From: Candidatus Enterousia sp.
Lineage (GTDB): Bacteria > Pseudomonadota > Alphaproteobacteria > Rs-D84
DNA: 63,626 bases
Direction of reading: 5' to 3'
NCBI GenBank assembly: GCA_045629645.1
Contig: JAZQRR010000026.1
Location: 1-63,626, forward strand
This document shows, in pieces, positions 47,843 through 56,500 of the stretch. The stretch's first letter is position 1, and each line of letters opens with the position of its first letter. The position numbers were made by a program, and so were the translations under genes. A model generated the notes under the pieces. It had not been told where the DNA came from and did not search any database. It saw only the letters and a program-made list of their open reading frames with translations.

Positions 47843-48745
47843 ATGAAACAATTACGACGTTTGTTCTTGTTCGCAGGATTTGATAAAGATAATATCGTGG
47901 ATGATACGGTTGTTTATTATGTTCGGGCGTTGTCTGAACTGGGGGATGTTGTTTTTATCGCAGATAACGATTTGCCAAAATCAGAAATTGAAAAAATATC
48001 TGAAATACCAAATGTATTGTATGCTGATGCTGTTCGGCATTGTGAATATGATTTCGGTTCTTATAAGCGTGGATATTTATGGGCCAAACATAATGGTTTA
48101 TTGGACAATTATGACTGGGTTTATTTTGTTAATGATTCTGTATATGGACCATTGTGGAACTTGGCCTTGACGTTGTCCGGTTTGGAAAAATCTGGGGCGG
48201 ATTTTGTTGGTATGACTTCTAACAGTGCGACCAACAGACCTGTGCATATTCAGTCTTGGTTTATTGGTTTTAGTGCGCCTGTTTTTACAGCAAAATTTTT
48301 TGATGATTTTATGCAAAAAATAACACGGCAACCTGATAAAACATCCTTGATTTTTAAGTACGAAGTTGGATTGTCTTGTTTAATTATGCGTCATGGTTTC
48401 CAGAGCAAGACGGTGTTGGATTCTGTGAAAAATAAAGCGTATCGGGACCCATGGTGGGCTGTATCACAGGGAATGCCTTTTGTGAAAAAATTGGCTGTGC
48501 AAAATCTGGGCAGATTATATTTTCTGTATCCGTTTGTTGATAATGACGTGGTGTTGAATCTGATGACGGAACATATGCGCAGACATAATATGGTTTTTAA
48601 TCAACCCAGTGATACATTGTATGAAATGCGTTTTCTGGGAGTGCCGTTAATCCGTATATGCCAAAGGGGTTCCGCGACGTACAAGGTTTATTTGTTTAAT
48701 TCTATTCCGATATTAAAGATAAAAAATAAATTATCTAAGAAATAA
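47843..48745 (+). CDS. Rhamnan-synthesis protein F (RgpF)-like glycosyltransferase
   Basis: FAGFDKDNIVDDTVVYYVRALSELGDVVFIADND and downstream motifs resemble the RgpF/WxcX family. Confidence 0.6.
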   Translation: MKQLRRLFLFAGFDKDNIVDDTVVYYVRALSELGDVVFIADNDLPKSEIEKISEIPNVLYADAVRHCEYDFGSYKRGYLWAKHNGLLDNYDWVYFVNDSVYGPLWNLALTLSGLEKSGADFVGMTSNSATNRPVHIQSWFIGFSAPVFTAKFFDDFMQKITRQPDKTSLIFKYEVGLSCLIMRHGFQSKTVLDSVKNKAYRDPWWAVSQGMPFVKKLAVQNLGRLYFLYPFVDNDVVLNLMTEHMRRHNMVFNQPSDTLYEMRFLGVPLIRICQRGSATYKVYLFNSIPILKIKNKLSKK

Positions 48746-48780
48746 GGAAACGCCCGTCAGGGCGTTTTGTTCAAGTAAGC

Positions 48781-48955
48781 TTATTCGTATTTTTTTAGTA
48801 AATCTATCCATGCCTGGGGGGCATCAACCTCATCAAAGTAATGTTGCAGAAAATTAATAATAATCTGATGCTTTTGTTCATGCAAAAAAAATTGGTCATC
48901 CGTTATGGACGACCTGTATGTATCAGTGTTGCTGTTCCATTAGATAATAATACTG
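48781..48955 (-). pseudogene. Mosaic gene fragment made of a copy of the HD-gene 3' end fused to a copy of the radical-SAM 3' end and terminator region
   Basis: 48781-48885 is near-identical to 51249-51350. 48883-48955 is near-identical to 50210-50290. The junction lies in the shared TTTTGTTC. Confidence 0.7.
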
Positions 48956-48978
48956 ATTGTTTGTATTTTGATAGAAAT

Positions 48979-49899
48979 TTATTTTCTTTTAATTTCTGTT
49001 AGTATTGAATTTAAGTCGTCGTCTTTTTTTGGGTTGTATATAATATCTTTGAATTCTTCTGACATGTAGAAGTCAAATTTAGAGGGGCGTGATTTAATTA
49101 TGACAGATTGATCTCCGCATTGTCCGTCGTATATCAAGTCTGTCCCTTGTTTATGAAAAGTTCCTTTACATGTTACAATGCATCTGAAAGATTCATTAAA
49201 AAATCTGTTTAATATACATTTGTATTTGTCTGTGTTTTCTGAATAAGAACAGATTGCAATGCTGTCTGTTTCTACAATCTTTACTGGAACTATTGAGCTT
49301 TCGTCCATGTCTGCGACCTGTTTGCCAGCGCGACATATATTGGCTGGGATATCAAACATATGTTGAACGAGTGTTGTTATAGGCAAATTTAATGGGCCGT
49401 ATGTGGTGACAGATGATTGGGAATTATATTTTTTTATGGAGTATTCGTATGCTTTTAAATATAAGTCTCGGCATTTTTGTCTGTTGAGTGTAGGGTATAT
49501 CTCTGTTGTTGCTATGCATGTAAAATAAATTTCAAATACAGATGCGGATGAATCGATTTGTTCTTCCCCGTATGGTTTAGATATTTTCTGTCCTTTTTCT
49601 TTTGAGTATTTTGAATCAGTTATGTTGTGCGTATATGCGCTGGCGAATGCCATCATATCGTCATGTGTAAAATTTGCTTCTTTCATCATATTTTCAAGTT
49701 CTTTGTATGTCCAAATAAAATGTTGTTTAAGTTCATAGGAGTCATCATGTTTATTTAAACGCCAAGAAATAAAGTCTTTGTCAATGTACGCTAATGATTG
49801 TTCTTGAAATTTTTGGACAGCAAATTCACCAAAAGTGGTTGATGCATACAAATTAAAAACATGAAAAAAAATTATTAAAATAGATATTATTTTTAACAT
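48979..49899 (-). CDS. Hypothetical secreted protein (306 aa)
   Basis: GGGGGAGAG RBS and signal-like MLKIISILIIFFHVFNLYAS. No family recognised. Confidence 0.6.
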   Translation of the reverse strand: MLKIISILIIFFHVFNLYASTTFGEFAVQKFQEQSLAYIDKDFISWRLNKHDDSYELKQHFIWTYKELENMMKEANFTHDDMMAFASAYTHNITDSKYSKEKGQKISKPYGEEQIDSSASVFEIYFTCIATTEIYPTLNRQKCRDLYLKAYEYSIKKYNSQSSVTTYGPLNLPITTLVQHMFDIPANICRAGKQVADMDESSIVPVKIVETDSIAICSYSENTDKYKCILNRFFNESFRCIVTCKGTFHKQGTDLIYDGQCGDQSVIIKSRPSKFDFYMSEEFKDIIYNPKKDDDLNSILTEIKRK

Positions 49900-49926
49900 T
49901 TTTCTCTCCCCCTTTTTTTCTGAGAT

Positions 49927-50142
49927 AAAATAAGACCACCTAGAAATCGGTGGTCGGGGAGTTCATAAATCAGAACATTGTTGATCCCATTGGTCTTTCG
50001 GATTACCGTATTTTATACACCAACAGCTCCCCGACATGGATCAGGGGATGACGGTACAAAAAGCACCGAATAATAAGATTACGATGCTTTCGCACCGAAT
50101 GTTCTGGGCTTATGAAGGCCCCGATTCCAATCACTTGGATTC
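49927..50142 (-). promoter_or_regulatory. Structured 5' leader, copy A of an unassigned RNA motif, ending in an intrinsic terminator
   Basis: Colinear with 59550-59751: CCAA-GNGA-UUGG hairpin, GGGC..GCCC, CGGUGC-loop-GCAUCG, CGGUGC-loop-GU[AG]CCG, CCCUGA, GUCGGGGAG...CUCCCCGAC, then a terminator. Confidence 0.55.
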
Positions 50143-50165
50143 TTTGGTATCATAACATAAAATAT

Positions 50166-50213
50166 ATGTATGTGCAAGACGATACCGTTACACCAGAATA
50201 GTCTGTGGTGATT
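50166..50213 (+). repeat. Direct repeat X2
   Basis: Copy of 47728-47780, with an exact 23-bp core GACGATACCGTTACACCAGAATA. Confidence 0.7.
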
Positions 50214-50264
50214 TTGTTCATGCAAAAAAAAAATTGGTCATCCGTTATGGACGACCTGTATGTA

Positions 50265-51221
50265 TCAGTGTTGCTGTTCCATTAGATAATAATAATAGGC
50301 AATGTTAAAGAGTTCTTGTTTGATTTGATTTATGTTTTTTATTTTTCCATTTTTGTCGCAATATTCTGTTTTTATTGTATCGTTGTCATTCGCATTTAAT
50401 ATCGCGTATCCGTTGCTGTCAAAACAAATGTCGTTGTTTGGATCGACAACGGGCGAAAGGTACAATGTTTCTTTTGAAAATGGTTCTTTGGTCGCGATTT
50501 TGTTGTCTTTGGCGCGCCCCATGTTCGTAATTCCCTGATAAGGCATGGTACATATCAATTTGTTTGATTCTGGGAATTTGCAACATGTGTTGCCGCCGAT
50601 GGTGCCTATTTCTTGTGGTGGTGTAATGTTGAATTTGTTTTGCAAGATTGTATAGAATTCTTGTAATATCTGTGGGCTGTCGTGCCACATGTATAAATGT
50701 GTTCTGTTTTGATTTATGGTTTTGTTTTTCAAAATCCAGTTTGCAAACGTCGCGTTCGCATTCAGTGCATCTGTGTGATATTTGTCCAAAGATAAACGAA
50801 ATGCTAACATTTGTTTGTTGCTTTTGATAAATTCTTCAAAATCAGAATAAATCATATCTGCCTGGTCGGACAAAGTCCATCTGGCATTTGTGTTAAAATA
50901 AACGTCGTATTTGTTTTTGCCGCAGTATTTTAATAACTGTGGGATGTAATGGCGTGATTTTGCGGTGTATGCCATCGTTGGTTCGCCGCCTGTAATTGTG
51001 ACAGCATTAGAAAAGTTTTTGATATGTTTAAAGTCTTGTAAAATATGTTTTAAATCAGATAATTCAATAAACTTAGGGTCGCAATTCGGGCCACTGCGTT
51101 CGCAACAATGCGGGCAAAAATTGTTACACAGGTTGGTTATTTTTAAAAGTGGTCCCCAGGTAAATCTGGTTTCCAGGTGTTTAATGAATTCTTCTTGGGA
51201 TTTGACTGCGGTATGAAACAT
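50265..51221 (-). CDS. Radical SAM protein of unknown specificity
   Basis: CNNFCPHC is a CxxxCxxC cluster motif near the N-terminus. A TITGGEP glycine-rich SAM motif is also present. Confidence 0.75.
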   Translation of the reverse strand: MFHTAVKSQEEFIKHLETRFTWGPLLKITNLCNNFCPHCCERSGPNCDPKFIELSDLKHILQDFKHIKNFSNAVTITGGEPTMAYTAKSRHYIPQLLKYCGKNKYDVYFNTNARWTLSDQADMIYSDFEEFIKSNKQMLAFRLSLDKYHTDALNANATFANWILKNKTINQNRTHLYMWHDSPQILQEFYTILQNKFNITPPQEIGTIGGNTCCKFPESNKLICTMPYQGITNMGRAKDNKIATKEPFSKETLYLSPVVDPNNDICFDSNGYAILNANDNDTIKTEYCDKNGKIKNINQIKQELFNIAYYYYLMEQQH

Positions 51222-51248
51222 GCTGTATGTCCTTTTTTATTCTGGTGG

Positions 51249-51926
51249 TTATATGTATTTTTGTAACAGGTCTCTCCATGCCTGGGGGGCATCAACCTCG
51301 TCAAAGTAATGTTGCAGAAAATTAATAATAATCTGGTGCTTTTGTTCGGCGTATTTGCGTCCTGGTTCGGTTAAGCACATATCGCGTAAATGAAATATTT
51401 TAACAAAAAAGTGATTTACACATGGATCAACTTTGGACTGTCTGTATGTTTCTGCATCCATTTCTGTGGGAAAGCAATCTGGGTCAAAAAATGGTTTGCC
51501 TGTCCCTGAACGATATTCAATACACCTTAATATACCTGTACATCCAGATGCATCACACATATCTGCATCTGATACAATGGCACCTTCGATACCGTATGCA
51601 TCGATACCTTTTAATCGTTTGCTGTATCCAATGGTTTTTACAATATTGATACAGTTTTCACAGAATTGTGTGTCAAACCCAGAATCAGATAGTATGCGTT
51701 TGGTGTTTGTCATCAGACGTTCTGATTCTTCGCCAAACAGTTTATAATCATCACAGTCATGCAATAATGCAGCGGCAGCCACCAAATCGCGATTTGCAGA
51801 TGGTATCTGATCACAAAATTTCATTGCCGTATTGTAAACGCGAAATACATGCTTGTCGTCGTGCCCATTAGAATTGGTGTTAAGTAATTCAAATACCGCG
51901 TTTTTTATGTATTCTATACCTGTCAT
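51249..51926 (-). CDS. HD-domain metal-dependent phosphohydrolase
   Basis: NGHDDKHVFRVYNTAMKF...AAALLHDCDD gives the H...HD...D pattern. Confidence 0.75.
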   Translation of the reverse strand: MTGIEYIKNAVFELLNTNSNGHDDKHVFRVYNTAMKFCDQIPSANRDLVAAAALLHDCDDYKLFGEESERLMTNTKRILSDSGFDTQFCENCINIVKTIGYSKRLKGIDAYGIEGAIVSDADMCDASGCTGILRCIEYRSGTGKPFFDPDCFPTEMDAETYRQSKVDPCVNHFFVKIFHLRDMCLTEPGRKYAEQKHQIIINFLQHYFDEVDAPQAWRDLLQKYI

Positions 51927-52158
51927 GAAGTGCCTTTTGTGGTGTGTGAAATGTGGTTATAATTGTTTTATCGTTCTATTATATTGTATCTGTCAGATTT
52001 TTTTAACAATATTTTACATATTTATGTTCATGCATTTCCCTTTGTTATGTTTTACTACAAGAATTTGAAAATGTTATGCAATTGTTAGATGCTTTTTAAC
52101 AGGGTAAAATATTAAGAAACAAAATAAAACTCGCCTTTATTGACGGGTTTGTCTATAT

Positions 52159-52178
52159 TGGTTGGGGCTGCTGGATTC
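52159..52178 (-). repeat. Duplicate of the 3' end of tRNA-Gln (att-like)
   Basis: TGGTTGGGGCTGCTGGATTC against TGGTTGGGGCAGCTGGATTC at 52348-52367, 19 of 20 identical. Confidence 0.7.
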
Positions 52179-52315
52179 CCTCGCTCGGCACGAAGCGCCG
52201 GCTGCGGGGCATTCGTTAGCGTTCAAACTGCGCACAATGCTTGTTTTCACTTACTTATTGTCGAACCAGGCAACAAATATTGTTGCGTGGCACGCTCCAT
52301 CGCACCACAGACCAA

Positions 52316-52341
52316 AATTAAAACGCCCACACGGGGCGTTT
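52316..52341 (-). terminator. Terminator hairpin after tRNA-Gln
   Basis: The minus strand reads AAACGCCCCGTGTGGGCGTTTTAATTTT. Confidence 0.5.
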
Positions 52342-52347
52342 GAATCT

Positions 52348-52421
52348 TGGTTGGGGCAGCTGGATTCGAACCAACACTGACGGAGTCAGAGTCCGGAGTT
52401 CTACCATTAAACTATGCCCCA
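52348..52421 (-). tRNA. tRNA-Gln (anticodon CUG), CCA encoded
   Basis: Hand-folded cloverleaf: acceptor UGGGGCA/UGCCCCA with the U1-A72 pair typical of bacterial tRNA-Gln. D stem GUUU/GAAC, anticodon loop CUCUGAC, T arm GUUGG-UUCGAAU-CCAGC. Confidence 0.85.
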
Positions 52422-52575
52422 ATGCGTCGCGCATTATAGGGCTTTTGTTTTGATATTGCAAGTATAAAGTTTTTTTATGTAAAAAAACATATAAAAATAA
52501 TACGTTATTTTATTTAATCTTTGACAAAATATAAATCTGTGTTATATTATGGCTGATAAACTATGGTGAAACACT

Positions 52576-53310
52576 ATGCAAAATGTAAAGATTGTTTACA
52601 AAGATATTGTTATAAACCAAGATAACATTGACGCGTTCAGAATGTTGCGTGGTGTTCGTGGACGATTTCACCCTGACAGTAACACAATTACAGTGCACAG
52701 ATACACCTTATCACATGATTTGCGCTTGGGTGCGAACGATATTGTGTACACAAAAATCCAGCAACTAAAAGACTTTGAGCCGTTTATACTGCGTCATGAA
52801 AAGCATCATGCGCAAAATTATGCGTTCATCGGCGACAAACTGTTATACAGTCATAATATTTATGAATACATATCGCTGTGCTGTTTGGATGAAGTTTCTG
52901 CGTACTCTGCCCAACATTTATTGCCACACGAAACATCTACAACGGCGATACTATCCGCGATTTTGGACGGATTTAAATACTTCCAAGACGTCCAGCACAG
53001 GTATTTGTCGATGTTTTACAATTATTCTATTCAGAATATCGCATCTTTTTCAAATACAAAAAACGCCAATGCTGTAATCAAAATACATGGCCAAAAGTAT
53101 TTCGAACAAGATTTCGGCTCTGATTTTCAATACGCGCTATGCAAATATTTTGTGTTTAATGGTGTTGCTGTATTCTCTAAGGAAAAACTGACACAAGACG
53201 TTATAGAATCTGCATTGTATCGCAATGTATATAAAAAAATACAAGAATTAAAGAAATCTTGTATCGCATACGCCGATCGCATTATTGATGTGGCCATACA
53301 ACATAAATAA
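52576..53310 (+). CDS. Hypothetical protein with an HExxH motif
   Basis: 244-aa ORF containing FILRHEKHHAQNY. No signal peptide is evident. Confidence 0.5.
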   Translation: MQNVKIVYKDIVINQDNIDAFRMLRGVRGRFHPDSNTITVHRYTLSHDLRLGANDIVYTKIQQLKDFEPFILRHEKHHAQNYAFIGDKLLYSHNIYEYISLCCLDEVSAYSAQHLLPHETSTTAILSAILDGFKYFQDVQHRYLSMFYNYSIQNIASFSNTKNANAVIKIHGQKYFEQDFGSDFQYALCKYFVFNGVAVFSKEKLTQDVIESALYRNVYKKIQELKKSCIAYADRIIDVAIQHK

Positions 53311-53513
53311 TTGCATTATTTCATCGCCCAAATGGGCGTTTTTTTTATAAAGCCATATTACCTGATGCGGAGATTATATCCGTTATTTGTGGATAAAGCA
53401 ATGAAAAAATTTTTTTGTATTTTCAAGGGTTTTAGGAATCTTTTTTTATTGATTAATTTATTTTTAATGTTACTAATAGTATTATCCAAAAGTGGGAAAA
53501 CAAAGGAGAAAAT

Positions 53514-56500
53514 ATGTCCAGTAATAAGTATTTAACAGACTTGTTAAAGGTTTGTAGTGTGTTGCCTGTGTTGGCGACTTTGCCGGCAATGGCTGATATT
53601 CCTGCACCCGTAGATGGTGTTGTTGCGGGCCAGAATATTTCTGGTGATTCATCTGGTGGGTATAGATTAGATAACTTGAATTCTGATTTGATAATATCAG
53701 AATCTGCTTTTACAGGTAATTCTTATGATGGAAATGGTGCTGCCGCATGGGCGACATCTGGACATAATTTAGAAGTAAAAGATTCAGTCTTTACAGGTAA
53801 TACTGTTGCTGGGATTGCCGGTGCTTTTGGTGGTGGTACCAAAGCGGGTTTTTTGAAAGTATCTGGTTCAAAGTTCATAGATAATCATGCAGAATTAGAT
53901 GGTGGTGCGATTGCTTCTTACGCCGGTTTAGCTATTTCCAATTCTGTTTTTGATGGAAACTCGGCTCAATATGCAGCGGATGAAAATGGTGAATATAATG
54001 TTCCTGTTGTTGATGGTACGCCGATTGGTGGTGGTGCATTAGCATTGGGGGCGGTTTCAAATACTACAATTGCTGCAATTGATTCAACTGTGTTTAAGAA
54101 TAATGTTTCTGGTGCAAATGGTGGCGCGATTGGTACACGTTTGGCATCGGATGCAGACAACAGTGCGGCGAAGTTGGATATTGCTGCAACATTTGAAAAT
54201 AATACCGCAGCAAAGAGTGGGGGTGCGATTTATAACACCTTTTATGCAAATAACGGCCTGGGTAAAGGTGATGGGGTAACAGTTACAGGTATCTTTACTG
54301 GTAATAAAGCGGGTGTATCAGGTGGTGCAATTTATAATGATGGCGCAACAGACAAGGCTGGTAATTTCGGTGGTGTTATGACAGTTAATAATGCTGCCTT
54401 TACAGCTAATTCTGCAACAGATGAAGGTGGTGCGATATTTAACAAGGGAAATATGACTGTTGTTGGTTCAAAATTTGCCGACAATAATGTGGTTGATGGT
54501 TTTGGCGGTGCAATCAAAAACAATGGTCAGATGACAATTGAAAATTCTGTTTTTGAAGATAATATTGCATATTCTAATGGTGCAGTATCTACGTCTGGAA
54601 AAACAGGTAGTACAAAAATATCAGGCGCAACATTTAAAGATAACTCTGCGCTGGCAGACGGTGGCGCGTTGGGATTATACTTGGATGCAACAGTAACTGA
54701 TACTGTTTTTGAAGATAATAAGTCTGCATTTGGGGTGGAGGTTGCTGGAACAAAATACGACGCAGCATCTGACGCAAACGGTGGTGGCGCTTTGATGGTT
54801 GGTCAAAAGGCAACTGCAACATTGAAAAATGTTAAGTTTATCGATAATGAAACAGGTGCAACTGGTGGTGCAATTCATGCGCGTCATCATAAAAAAGATA
54901 ATGCATATTTGAATATTGATGGTGCGTTGTTTGATGATAACGAAGCAAAAGTAAATGGTGGTGCGATTGCGACTATTTATGATGGTGAAGTAAATATCAA
55001 TAATGCACAGTTCGTATCAAACAGTGCCGCGAAAAACGGTGGTGCGATTTATAATGGTGTTGATATGAACTATGGCAGTTCTGATGGAACTGGCAGTTTG
55101 TCAACAGACCATGGTACAATTAACTTTACTGGTGAAAATGTTTTCCGTGGAAATGTTGCAGGTATCAATGGTGGTGCAATCTATAACGACGCAGGTGGTA
55201 CAATTAACTTTGCAGGCGTTAATACATTTGCAGATAATACATTGGCATCTGGAACCAAAAACGATATTTATAATCTGGGTACTGTGAATGTCTTATCTGG
55301 TACAACAAATATCAGCGGTGGTATTACAGGTAATACAGGTATCTTGAATATTGGTGCGGATGCGGTTTTGAATATGGCCACATCTAATATCAATCAAAGT
55401 GCAATTGTTATTGATGGTACTGTTAATGCAGACGTTCTAAATTCGGATAAATATGCGAAGTTGCAAGGGGCCGTCAGTGGTAATGGTAAATTAAACCTGA
55501 ATGTTGGTTCTGTTGGAACATATAGAATGTTCAGTTCTGCAAATGATATTGCGATTGATGCAGGGGCAACATATACCGTAACAAACAATGGTGCAGATGG
55601 CGTTATTATTGAAACAAAGTCTGTTGATGTTTTGGCAAAAGATACAGGTTTGTCTGAACGTGCCGCAGGTGCAATATCTGGGTTGGCAAATTCCAAGAAT
55701 ACAAATATTCAAAAAGTGTCTTTAGAGGCGCAAAAAGCGTTGAATTCTGGCGATGTTGAATTTGTTGAAAAAGAAACAGCAAAATTGAACCCAGAAGATA
55801 AACCTGTTACACAATCTGTTGCGTCTTCTGTTCAAAATCAGGTTTTGGCATTGACTTCGGGTCGTATGTCGGGTGGTGTTGCAAACATCGGTCGTGCCGG
55901 TGGTGATGAAACAGCACAAGAATCTGGTTTCTGGGCACAAGGATTGTTCAACAAAACCAAAAATGCAAGCAACTTCCATGGATATACTCGTGGGTTTGCG
56001 CTGGGTATGGATACGGTGATTGATCGTAAATATACATTAGGCTTTGGTTTTGCTTATAACAATACAGATGTACATTCTGGCAGCCGCAGTACAGATATCA
56101 ACAGTGATACACTGTTTGTGTATGGTCAGTATAAGCCAAGTGATTGGTATGTAAATGCAACATTGACATATACAATGGCAGAGTATACAGAAAATGTAGA
56201 TCCGTTCGGTGTCGCAATTGAAAGCAACTATGATGTTGATACATATGGCGCACAGTTGATGACTGGTTACGATTTGGCATATGGATTCACACCAGAAGCA
56301 GGATTGCGTTATCTGCATATCACACAGGATACTTATAACAATGGTGTGAACACTATCAAAGGTTCTGACACTGACTTCTTGTCTGGTGTTGCTGGATTAA
56401 AGTACACATTTGCAATTGAAACAGAAAATGCGTTGCAATTGCGTCCAGAAATGCGTGCCGCAGCAACATATGACTTTATCAGTGACAAGGCAGAAACAAC

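Noticed and set aside
45900-52160. Classical genomic island or prophage call for the accessory block left of tRNA-Gln
   Set aside because: No integrase, transposase, phage structural or conjugation genes are recognisable. The only bracketing repeat of the tRNA is ~190 bp away. I report the scars individually instead of calling a defined mobile element.
52178-52347. Possibility of a second, interrupted tRNA (intron in the T loop) or a permuted tmRNA between the two tRNA-3'-end copies
   Set aside because: CCTGGTTCGA and the distal AATCCAGCAGCCCCAACCA cannot be completed into a cloverleaf. There is no matching 5' acceptor strand, and the T-stem halves do not pair. No tag-peptide-like reading frame ending in AA is present, and 170 nt is too short for a group I intron.
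52140-52380. ORFs 52140-52343 and 52162-52380
   Set aside because: They overlap the tRNA-Gln gene, its terminator and the att-like repeat, so the region is non-coding.
53311-53535. 74-aa ORF upstream of the Pmp-like autotransporter
   Set aside because: It has a TTG start and overlaps a terminator-like hairpin (CGCCCAAATGGGCGTTTTTTTT) and the autotransporter promoter and RBS region. Its hydrophobic low-complexity sequence is typical of AT-rich spacers.
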